Shown here in pieces: positions 47,033-55,298 of a DNA stretch of 64,000 nucleotides. Position numbers and translations under genes: made by a program. Position 1 is the first letter of the stretch. Every line of letters starts with the position of its first letter. This DNA is from a virus: IMG/VR virus record IMGVR_UViG_3300045988_154953; one strand, given 5' to 3'. The notes below the pieces were generated by a model, which searched no databases, was not told the DNA's origin, and saw nothing but the letters and a program-made list of their open reading frames with translations.

Positions 47033-47353
47033 TTATGAATATAGTTTTAATAACTCATTTCCGGTATAATTAACAAACTGTTCCCAATTATTCATAAGTT
47101 GAGTATATATGTCTATTTTAACAGCAGCTTTCTCATCCCCGATCCATGGAGATACAATCACTTCATATTCTGCTTTACTCCAGAAATAATACATTGTAGT
47201 AGATCGTAACTTTTTTGAGAATTCGTTTCTACTAATAGTAGGAGAGAAGAGTTTGATTACTTCCTCTCTAAATCTGCCATGATCAAATACATTGGAAGTT
47301 GTAATCTTCCTGGCATTAAAGTCATAATATAATACATTCCATTTTAATTTCAT
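47033..47353 (-). CDS. Hypothetical protein
   Basis: 106-aa ORF, GAGGAA RBS. Confidence 0.5.
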   Translation of the reverse strand: MKLKWNVLYYDFNARKITTSNVFDHGRFREEVIKLFSPTISRNEFSKKLRSTTMYYFWSKAEYEVIVSPWIGDEKAAVKIDIYTQLMNNWEQFVNYTGNELLKLYS

Positions 47354-47375
47354 TATTTTGATTCCTCTTTCTTAA

Positions 47376-47771
47376 CTAAAATATTTCACAATGACAATAA
47401 TTTATAAGATATGGATAAGTATCTTTATTGTAATCAATCATCCAGTTATCATATTTTTCTTTATCAGAAAACTTATCCAATATAAGTACATCAGCTTGTA
47501 CATAATAATGCCCATCTGATGCGATTCGTTTCTCTGCAGTCCCTGGCAATACAGACCCTACAACATTACTACATACATAATCACATGTAATATCATCATT
47601 CGTATAATTAGTGAACTTGCCATTTTTATTATATACAATAGGTGTATAGTCGAATAACCCTTCTACAATGGCTTCCTCAATCATATCTTCCGTAATAGTA
47701 AATTCGTTCTGTGTTTTACCAGCATCTATTAGTATGAAATCATATATTTTTACAAATTTTATATTCTTCAT
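47376..47771 (-). CDS. Hypothetical protein
   Basis: Start set to MKNIKFV after GGTGGATTTGGG. Confidence 0.5.
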   Translation of the reverse strand: MKNIKFVKIYDFILIDAGKTQNEFTITEDMIEEAIVEGLFDYTPIVYNKNGKFTNYTNDDITCDYVCSNVVGSVLPGTAEKRIASDGHYYVQADVLILDKFSDKEKYDNWMIDYNKDTYPYLINYCHCEIF

Positions 47772-47794
47772 CCCAAATCCACCTAAAATGTATA

Positions 47795-47995
47795 TTATAA
47801 TTTTCTGCCACAAATAGGACAGTAGTTTATATTCATGACAACATCAGAATAGTACCAATCTTCACACGGTACATATAACCCAATTTCATCATCGTTATCT
47901 TTTACAATAGCTATATTCTCATCCCATTTATTCTGGAACTGTTTAATGTATTCTTTTTTCGTATTCCATATCTTTTTACATAATTCACAAGTCAT
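47795..47995 (-). CDS. Small zinc-ribbon protein
   Basis: CELC ... CPICG. Confidence 0.5.
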   Translation of the reverse strand: MTCELCKKIWNTKKEYIKQFQNKWDENIAIVKDNDDEIGLYVPCEDWYYSDVVMNINYCPICGRKL

Positions 47996-48034
47996 ACATT
48001 TAAATCCTTTATATATCTTTCATTTATGTTGACG

Positions 48035-48121
48035 ATATGGTATAATACCGGATATTCTGCATAAGAGTCATCGTATCTCTTATATTTTACACGCTAGAAC
48101 TTCCGGTATTACATACCATAT
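48035..48121 (-). other. 87-nt element bounded by 18/20-nt inverted repeats in a 300-nt intergenic gap
   Basis: atatggtataataccgga ... tccggtattacataccatat (9+9 bp with a 2-nt bulge); internal hairpin ATAAGAG..CTCTTAT. Confidence 0.45.
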
Positions 48122-48300
48122 GAAGCATCAATATTTTTACTCTTTGATGCAGAAGAGTGATAAAAATTAATAAATAAGTAGGAATATCTTGGATATTTTC
48201 CTTACGATTTTGAAAACCTTTGGTAGCATTAGATTATGTTATCTTGTCTATCTGGGAGTGAATTACTCCTGAAGTCACGATAATGCGTGAATCCCTTACT

Positions 48301-48501
48301 TCAAATACCATTATGGTTTTCTTCAATACCTCCAGATTCTTTAAATAATGGTAGAATAGGACACCATTCTGGTTTGGTTGGATATGTATCTTTCATTATT
48401 TTATTTTTATGATTACATTCACACATTAAAAATGTAGCATTATAAAAATCACATTCTTTACAATTGTTCGGCATATCTACAATCAACATTCCTTTTGACA
48501 C
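48301..48501 (-). CDS. Cys-rich small protein
   Basis: CKECDF...CECNH...CP. Confidence 0.5.
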   Translation of the reverse strand: MSKGMLIVDMPNNCKECDFYNATFLMCECNHKNKIMKDTYPTKPEWCPILPLFKESGGIEENHNGI

Positions 48502-48534
48502 AATCTTTCCTTCTTTCTATTTGTATTAATATAA

Positions 48535-48553
48535 AAATTATATTGATTAGTTT
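48535..48553 (-). promoter_or_regulatory. 19-nt conserved motif, copy a (minus sense AAACTAATCAATATAATTT)
   Basis: Identical 12-mer core AAACTAATCAAT shared with four other copies; 33 nt upstream of the start at 48501. Confidence 0.5.
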
Positions 48554-48893
48554 AAACACTTTTATTTTTAGAATCATATTCTTTCTTACATTCTTCTAGT
48601 TCTTCATTTGAATATATTACTGTGATTACATCTTTTATATTAAGTCTAATTTCATCGTATTTAGTAATTTCATTATTTATTAAATATCTCGCAATAATAT
48701 CTATTTCTTCAAGCATGTCATCAGATATATATTTGTCTGGTTTAGTAATAGGAGTGATCTTAACTGTTTTTGGCATTACTTTATCTATAATTCCAACGAA
48801 TTTACATGTCTTTGGTTTATCCTCAATTTTAACACTCTTTATATATGCAACAATATCTCCGACATGGAGATCTTGATTAACGAAATCTGTCAT
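48552..48893 (-). CDS. Hypothetical protein
   Basis: 113-aa ORF. Confidence 0.5.
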   Translation of the reverse strand: MTDFVNQDLHVGDIVAYIKSVKIEDKPKTCKFVGIIDKVMPKTVKITPITKPDKYISDDMLEEIDIIARYLINNEITKYDEIRLNIKDVITVIYSNEELEECKKEYDSKNKSV

Positions 48894-49125
48894 AAATTTT
48901 CCACATTATCCTTCTCTTTATTATTCTGGCCACATTGATTAGTAGTGTTCGTTTCTTCCGGTACGAATATTATGCATTCGTGATGCTTGAATAGTTTGCC
49001 GGCTTTTTTGCATAATTTTAGGTATTCATTTGATACTTTTTTTTATTGAATTCTTTCGGATTAACCATTGGTGGCAATCTGTTTGATTTTAATTGTTTCA
49101 TGAATTTATCCATAAGCAGTTCCTT

Positions 49126-50391
49126 TTAATCTCCATAATTTTGAGCAGCAATCCAATTTTCTAAAAGTTCTCTCATACGACTACTAGGTATGTATACTGT
49201 AATATGTTTACCATTTCTTATAGCGCTTCTCCATAAAAATTGAAGCATCTCTGATACCGCATAACCATCTTCATCAACAATCACACCATGAGATGTAAAG
49301 AATTTTTTAATGAATGGATTAAAATATTTATTAACCAAATAAGCAATGGCAGTGCGATCAGCATATTCATTTGTAGCTCTCATATTAGATGGAATGAACC
49401 CTTTTGCGTAACCATTTCCAGAAACAAGCGTTTTATAGTCTTTAAATGTTGTCCACATGTTATTATTAGATTTAGATTTCTCATAGTTTTGAGTTTCTTC
49501 ATTAAAAGCAATTAGTTTGTTATTATAAAAATTAAATGTATTATTCTTTAACTGCTTTACAAGTATATTATCTTTATTTCGTTCATACCATGTTTTAGAT
49601 AAAGCATTTGGAGAATCGCCAATCATATTTAACTTTTTATCATCAATAATATTTATAAGATTTTTGTAATTATATTTTGCTTTATATGTATGTTCTTCCT
49701 CTGTAAAACAATAATTATCTTTATTATCTCCAACTGTATATAAATACTTATATATAATACCATAATAATCATAATAATATTTTTGCATTTGAGCATTGAA
49801 CATATAAGTTAATATGTAACTTTCTCTAAAAGCATTAAATATTTTTACTGGAAACATCCAAAGCATTACCGATCCGCCATACATAGCCAGACATCCCATT
49901 TCACATAATCGTTTTTCTTCTCGAAAACGTCCCTTATAGTCATCAGCTCCATCACGCCATTCTAATAGACCCGTATTTCTATTAATATCAACAAATTTAT
50001 CTAATAAAATATCTAAATCCACTTTTTCAATTTGATATTGCTCTATAACGTCTGTGACCTCATCCATAAATAATACATAATTTTGAGAATAACATAAATC
50101 AATTACTTCGTCATCAAAATGATGGAAGAGTGCATGTGTCGTTACTATATTCTTTCCTTTATTTAATAGTTCTTTCAAATGAACAATTTTAGGAGTTTGA
50201 TTAGTATATTTAATCGGTTCTATGAATTTTTTATTTGCACATGCTTGTTTAATTCTTTCTACCTCAGTAATATATGGTGTTACATATATAATCTTTAAAT
50301 CATCAGGAGATTCTTTAATATAATTAATTGCTGCACTTGTTTTACCAGATCCCATAATACTATCTACTACATTGACAGTTATTTCATTCAT
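49126..50391 (-). CDS. P-loop NTPase, helicase-like
   Basis: Walker A MGSGKTS, Walker B-like LFMDEVTD; first gene of the minus-strand arm. Confidence 0.55.
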   Translation of the reverse strand: MNEITVNVVDSIMGSGKTSAAINYIKESPDDLKIIYVTPYITEVERIKQACANKKFIEPIKYTNQTPKIVHLKELLNKGKNIVTTHALFHHFDDEVIDLCYSQNYVLFMDEVTDVIEQYQIEKVDLDILLDKFVDINRNTGLLEWRDGADDYKGRFREEKRLCEMGCLAMYGGSVMLWMFPVKIFNAFRESYILTYMFNAQMQKYYYDYYGIIYKYLYTVGDNKDNYCFTEEEHTYKAKYNYKNLINIIDDKKLNMIGDSPNALSKTWYERNKDNILVKQLKNNTFNFYNNKLIAFNEETQNYEKSKSNNNMWTTFKDYKTLVSGNGYAKGFIPSNMRATNEYADRTAIAYLVNKYFNPFIKKFFTSHGVIVDEDGYAVSEMLQFLWRSAIRNGKHITVYIPSSRMRELLENWIAAQNYGD

Positions 50392-50873
50392 ATATTATTA
50401 CCACCTTTATTTTAAGAGATTTTTTGAATCATCTCGACATTAATGTATTTCATCTAACAAAAATCAACTTAATAGGTTTTTAATCTCAATTCCTCTTAAA
50501 TTAAAAATTTACTCCTTTATTTTCAACGTTTTTTTGATATACCCATTAAAGAGTATTAAGTATAACTCTCTTAAAATTAGAAAATCAACTTAGAAGCATC
50601 AGAAATTTCAGAAATTGAATTTTCGTTGGGCACATAATTAAGATTATCTTTTGATTATAAGTATTTTTTGAATTTTTCTCTTTGATTTTGTCATTTTTTA
50701 GATCAATTTCCTCCTTTATTTACATAGTATTTATTGTATTCTGTTTGAATAAAGTAATTTAATAAAATTCCCGGATAAAAACATTTGGAACGAAGTGACA
50801 AATTTTTTAGCCAAACAAGTATTATTTCTGAGCGTAGCGAAGAATAATGCTTGTCTTATCAAATGTCTTTCTA

Positions 50874-50892
50874 AAATTATATTGATTAGTTT
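50874..50892 (-). promoter_or_regulatory. 19-nt conserved motif, copy b
   Basis: Minus sense AAACTAATCAATATAATTT, in the control region and oriented toward the minus arm. Confidence 0.5.
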
Positions 50893-50945
50893 GAAAATTG
50901 TAAATCTATTTATATAATACTACTATTTACCTTATTTGTCAATCA

Positions 50946-50964
50946 AAATTAAATTGATTAGTTT
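50946..50964 (-). promoter_or_regulatory. 19-nt conserved motif, copy c
   Basis: Minus sense AAACTAATCAATTTAATTT, oriented toward the minus arm. Confidence 0.5.
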
Positions 50965-51785
50965 AGACGGATAAGTTGGTTTGATAAGATGTAATACATT
51001 AAAAATCCATATAAATCTCATGCAAAATTAGATATTTAAATCAATGATTGCATTAATGAAATGATAAAGATATTAAAAAATATGAGTATTCTTATGAAAT
51101 TTACTCTAATCAAAAAAATTTTTAGTATGAATATTTTTAACTGATCAAAATGAGTCGTTTAAAATTTAGATAATTATAGTAATTGGGTGGAATGATAAAG
51201 AAAATTATTTCAATTTTAGATATTTAATTTGCAAGCTGGAAGAATGAGATATTGTATAGATAATATGTAATTTTTCGATATTTAATCCGATAAATTGGTT
51301 TTTAATAGGAATTATTAAAATGTTATAGGAATTATATGAAGAATTTTGAGTCAGTGTGTAAATTGACCAGCTACAGCATTTGGATCAAAAGCAAACACAC
51401 GTTCTGGTTTTTACTACCCCCTATCCATAAAAGAACATATGTTCTATTAAAACTGGTAAAAATTATAGTTTTTCCCAATTCTAATTCAATTCAATACAAT
51501 TTGCTATATATTGTTTAATATGTTTTTGTTTTGAATACAATAGATATTAAAATTTTTAAATTACTTTTCAAATTGACTATATAAATGAAATTTTTTAGTC
51601 AATTCCTTTTTAAAATGATATATTATTTTAATTTTTCACACAATATCGTACAATTATGCATCTGGTCATATTAATTTGTTCAATTTAATCAACATTAATA
51701 ATACCAGAACACCAGATACAACATTAATCAACATGATATCTATTTATAGATAAAATGTCTATTAAAAATATTTTTAAATTTATTG

Positions 51786-51814
51786 TTGACAATCACGGAA
51801 AACCGTGATAATAT
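51786..51814 (+). promoter_or_regulatory. Sigma-70-type promoter P1 with embedded 18-bp palindromic operator
   Basis: TTGACA (51786..51791), 17-nt spacer, TAATAT (51809..51814); spacer is ATCACGGAAAACCGTGAT. Confidence 0.7.
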
Positions 51815-51903
51815 ATAGACATCCCAAACTGGATAACAATTTTATATTGCTTTTGATTGCAGTCAACAATAAATAGTAGCTAAAGAAAAATTACAAAAAG
51901 TTG

Positions 51904-51932
51904 TTGACAATCACGGAAAACCGTGATACAAT
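51904..51932 (+). promoter_or_regulatory. Sigma-70-type promoter P2 with an identical operator
   Basis: TTGACA (51904..51909), 17-nt spacer, TACAAT (51927..51932); same palindrome at 51910..51927. Confidence 0.7.
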
Positions 51933-51934
51933 CA

Positions 51935-52656
51935 AAACAAGTTAAGAACTGGTCAATAGTTCTTACGTCATTATATCACATCTGACCAGTACTTGACAAC
52001 CATTGGATAAAATCCTATCCGATGGTAGGCGGTAAGCCTCTGCCATGAAACACTGGTATACTTTCTGCTTGGTAGGTCGTAAAACATCTACCGCAATAAA
52101 GGTGTTGTTCTTTGACAACTTAATAGCCGTTTCATCTTTTTTAAGATGATAATACTTGTCTCGGTATGACAAAAGACAAGGAATTCCATGAGTAGGGATA
52201 AACGAAAATGGTACGGGAATGTTATGCTTACGGGTGTAGTATGTCTCGGACACTAGAAATAGTGGGCGTGGTGTAGCCGACAAGCTGGCCAATGCAATTC
52301 GCTGGTAATAGGTGATAGCAATTAGGGCAATGTTATACACAAAAAGTCTGCAAAATTCACGGTGGTAAATGGGCGGTTGTAGTCTTGTAATATTGCAAGC
52401 CCCGCAAAAAGTGATAAAAATAATCCGTGAAAAGTAGTAGAAACTTTTGTAAATAATAACATTGACTATCGGTGATAGGTCAATACATCTTTCTAATAGC
52501 TCTTTTTTTGAGAAGCTATGGGCGCTTAAAAACGAATAACATTAAATGTAATGTTACCGTTGACGGTTCAAAGTCCGTATGAGAAAAACAGATGACATTT
52601 TAATTTTATTTTCTGCCGATGTCCCCGGCTAGAATAGGGATAGAAAGGGGCATATT
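51935..52656 (+). other. About 720-nt ORF-poor, G+C-richer leader or ncRNA downstream of P2
   Basis: No plus-strand ORF of 60 aa or more; hairpins at 51943..51965, 52461..52484 and 52538..52555; the first CDS starts at 52657. Confidence 0.45.
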
Positions 52657-53463
52657 ATGCTGTGTAACTATATTAAGAACGTGGAGAACCAGGAAGTAAG
52701 AGCAACTTTAACAGATGCTATCACATGGGAAAAATGCGACATGCTGTTAACTCTTAATGCTGAGTCATTAGCAAAACAGGAGAAAATCCTGTCAAGCAAA
52801 GAATCCAGCGAAGAGGATAAAAAAGCCGCTCAGGCCAAAGTTGACAAGTTGACCGCTGAGAAAGATAAACTTGTCAAAGAGCAGTCGGAAGTAGCAGACG
52901 TTTATAAATCTGTTTTGGCTGCTATTGCTGGGGCTAAAAATGAATATATCTCTAACGATGAGACGGCAGCCCGCAACATTCTTAGGCTGTCAAGTTGTGA
53001 TGATAACAAGAATTTTTTCAAGCTTGCTATCATCACTTCAGAAACTTTTGAAAGTTTCTATGACGGCATGGTTCAATTGCATGATACATGCTCTGAATCC
53101 ATCGCTGACAATGGGCTTAGGACTTATTCAGATGCTGATAATAAAGTGGCATCTGAATTGATGCTTAATGTCCAGAAAACACTTAGGGGCATGTTGTCTA
53201 TCCCTGTTGAAAATGACTATACAAAAAAATGTGTAGTCAAAATCAACAAACAGGACATGAACATTATCCATGAGTGTTTTGTTAGCGGTGTTTCCGTTGA
53301 CATCACTAAGGATAAAGAGGGTAAAACTAAGTCTGTTGACGGTTTATCATTCAGATATGCCATCAACAAAAAGACAAAAAGAGACGGTACTGTTGAATAT
53401 AATGGTATCCGTTTCAAAGAAACATTAGCAAAAATTGTTTTTGCTAAACTGTTTTCAAAATAA
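52657..53463 (+). CDS. Hypothetical protein (first early-arm gene)
   Basis: 268-aa ORF, AAAGGGG RBS. Confidence 0.6.
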   Translation: MLCNYIKNVENQEVRATLTDAITWEKCDMLLTLNAESLAKQEKILSSKESSEEDKKAAQAKVDKLTAEKDKLVKEQSEVADVYKSVLAAIAGAKNEYISNDETAARNILRLSSCDDNKNFFKLAIITSETFESFYDGMVQLHDTCSESIADNGLRTYSDADNKVASELMLNVQKTLRGMLSIPVENDYTKKCVVKINKQDMNIIHECFVSGVSVDITKDKEGKTKSVDGLSFRYAINKKTKRDGTVEYNGIRFKETLAKIVFAKLFSK

Positions 53464-53495
53464 TTGCAGACTTAATTGTTAATTAAGTTTGCAAA

Positions 53496-53544
53496 GGGAT
53501 GGCTCTGGTGAGCTTTTATCATGGTTCGATTCCATGACGTCCCA
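53496..53544 (+). ncRNA. tRNA-like element lacking an anticodon arm, copy 1
   Basis: Acceptor GGGATG/CGTCCC, D-like hairpin GCTC-TGGT-GAGC, T arm CATGG-TTCGATT-CCATG, discriminator A; 33 nt after a stop codon. Confidence 0.5.
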
Positions 53545-53580
53545 TTTCTATAAATCCGCACCTATGAAAGGGGTATTTTT

Positions 53581-53790
53581 ATGACTAGATATTACGGTAG
53601 TTATGCAGATATTATTCTTCTTGAGGCTGAACTTACAGAGGTCAATAATCAAATTGACGCTATGTATGACTTTTGGAACGAAAACAGCGTTCCTGAGTCT
53701 CTGGTGGCTCGTGCTGAGTCTCTTGAGAAAGAACTGGAAACTTTAAAACGCACACGTACTCGTGGTGGACTTGTGTGCCGGTGCTATTAA
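53581..53790 (+). CDS. Hypothetical small protein
   Basis: 69-aa ORF, AAAGGGG RBS. Confidence 0.5.
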   Translation: MTRYYGSYADIILLEAELTEVNNQIDAMYDFWNENSVPESLVARAESLEKELETLKRTRTRGGLVCRCY

Positions 53791-53822
53791 GCGGAAAGTC
53801 TGTAGAAAGAGAGGGAAACGAG

Positions 53823-54059
53823 ATGAATTACGTCCAGATTCAAAAAATGCTTCAGGACATCAAAACCGATTATATTGTAAAGGGTCGGCCTTGGAAAGAT
53901 GATGAATATGTCATCATTGACATATTAATGCATGTATATCTCAAACACGCTGACATTGACCATGAAGAGATTAAATGGCTTTTTGTCAACTATCTGGAAA
54001 CGGGTGAACTGAATTTTCCGGCAGCTATAAAAATGGCACGACAACGGAAGTATGCATAA
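53823..54059 (+). CDS. Hypothetical small protein
   Basis: Start set to MNYVQIQ after GAGAGGGAAA. Confidence 0.5.
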   Translation: MNYVQIQKMLQDIKTDYIVKGRPWKDDEYVIIDILMHVYLKHADIDHEEIKWLFVNYLETGELNFPAAIKMARQRKYA

Positions 54060-54063
54060 TGTA

Positions 54064-54108
54064 AGGACGGCTGGTGCTGTAATATGAGTTCGATTCTCAT
54101 ACGTCTGT
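54064..54108 (+). ncRNA. tRNA-like element lacking an anticodon arm, copy 2
   Basis: Acceptor GGACG/CGTCT, GC-TGGT-GC, T arm ATGAG-TTCGATT-CTCAT; four of five T-stem pairs differ from copy 1 but stay complementary; 5 nt after a stop codon. Confidence 0.5.
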
Positions 54109-54175
54109 TTTGGAACTGTAAATGCAAACTAAAAATATTACGCACCTATGCGTAAAATAGGGGATTGGAGTAAAT

Positions 54176-54355
54176 ATGAAAACAAAATTTTCTGAACTTA
54201 CAAGAGAATTGGGAAAATTGTACCCAATAGAATATGATTATTGTAGTACGGAATCATTGTATTCCCGTGCTTTAAATGACGGAAAAATTACGAGAGGTAT
54301 ATTTAATGCCGCAAAAAAATATTATGATATCATGTGGGATTATGTAGGTGATTAA
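54176..54355 (+). CDS. Hypothetical small protein (59 aa, below the ORF-track cutoff)
   Basis: ATG after GGGGATTGGAG; hand translation MKTKFSELTRELGKLYPIEYDY... Confidence 0.45.
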   Translation: MKTKFSELTRELGKLYPIEYDYCSTESLYSRALNDGKITRGIFNAAKKYYDIMWDYVGD

Positions 54356-54403
54356 TTCACCTACATAGGCAAACTGCAAATATAAAAGGAAAGAGAGGAA
54401 AAT

Positions 54404-54580
54404 ATGAAAATATTAGTAACTATAATTAAAACAGTCTTATTAATTTTCGCCCTGCTCATTGGTTGGGTATTCATGACGTGTGATGTCATGGCCGGTGGTC
54501 TTTGGATCATCTTATGTATAACATCATACGGCGCTGTATACGGTATAGTTGAAGAATACAGAGAAAATAAAGCAAAATAG
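54404..54580 (+). CDS. Small membrane protein (58 aa, below the ORF-track cutoff)
   Basis: ATG after AAGAGAGGAAA; two hydrophobic helices in MKILVTIIKTVLLIFALLIGWVF...GGLWIILCITSYGAVYGI. Confidence 0.45.
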   Translation: MKILVTIIKTVLLIFALLIGWVFMTCDVMAGGLWIILCITSYGAVYGIVEEYRENKAK

Positions 54581-54595
54581 AGAGGGGATATATTT

Positions 54596-54802
54596 ATGAA
54601 AAAATATTACATTAGATTGTTTTATAGTAACACCTGTTCACCAAAAACAAGGAAAGTCTCTAAATTCTTTTTTAAAAGAGAATTTAGAGATAGATTAAAA
54701 ACTGTCAGAAGCTATTATGATAGCGGATGGCAGCGAATGGATATCTCAGCTTTGAAAAAAGCGGAAAATGTGTCTGCTTTATTTATCTATAAAGCAGACT
54801 AA
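54596..54802 (+). CDS. Hypothetical small basic protein
   Basis: 68-aa ORF, GAGGGG RBS. Confidence 0.5.
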   Translation: MKKYYIRLFYSNTCSPKTRKVSKFFFKREFRDRLKTVRSYYDSGWQRMDISALKKAENVSALFIYKAD

Positions 54803-54815
54803 CGGGGGTATTATT

Positions 54816-55232
54816 ATGACAAAAAATAGATTATTTACAGCAGTTAATACGGAAATTATTCATGGTAGAATTTTCTTAATGAATTCTACAATTTTAGAAT
54901 TAGATAACCATGTTGTATTTGTATGTACAAATGGATTTAAAGTAAATAAACAGGGAGAATATAAGCTCCTTGCATGGTTGCCAGGTAATAGAAAATGGGT
55001 GTCTGTTTATGCCAATAATAAATTTACAGATGCCATGTATAGATGTTATAGACAAACACGGAAAAGCGGGAAAAGCAAAATGTCTGCTTCAAATGTTCAA
55101 AACATGATGAAGCATGACAGAGTGCATAAACACGGTTCCGGCGGTTCCCGAATTTTCAACGGAAGTATAACCGACTATGAGACACGGAAACGGCCTTTGC
55201 ATGACTTCAATAGAGGCTATAATTTTACTTGA
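54816..55232 (+). CDS. Hypothetical protein
   Basis: Start set to MTKNRLF after GGGGG. Confidence 0.5.
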   Translation: MTKNRLFTAVNTEIIHGRIFLMNSTILELDNHVVFVCTNGFKVNKQGEYKLLAWLPGNRKWVSVYANNKFTDAMYRCYRQTRKSGKSKMSASNVQNMMKHDRVHKHGSGGSRIFNGSITDYETRKRPLHDFNRGYNFT

Positions 55233-55298
55233 AAAATCATTGCAAATCACATGTATGTGTGATAGAATTGAGGTGAGAAATGGAGGAATAATATTAAT

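Noticed and set aside
49021-49113. 31-codon minus-strand ORF with an A8 tract downstream of the helicase-like gene (possible slippery-site frameshift)
   Set aside because: The ORF is very short, the alternative frame is also short, and there is no supporting homology or structure. It was not annotated.
51963-52340. 125-aa minus-strand ORF in the early leader
   Set aside because: It has a GTG start with no RBS, is antisense to two near-consensus promoters, and its sequence has no recognisable motif. Its length is somewhat surprising for chance, so a decayed or foreign gene cannot be fully excluded. See the leader finding.
53496-54108. tRNA-like elements interpreted as attP cores (3' tRNA gene fragments used by integrases)
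   Set aside because: Each element also carries the complementary 5' acceptor strand and a D-like hairpin. The two copies covary, and no integrase is present in the window. The attP idea is not excluded, but it is less consistent with the sequence than a folded RNA element.
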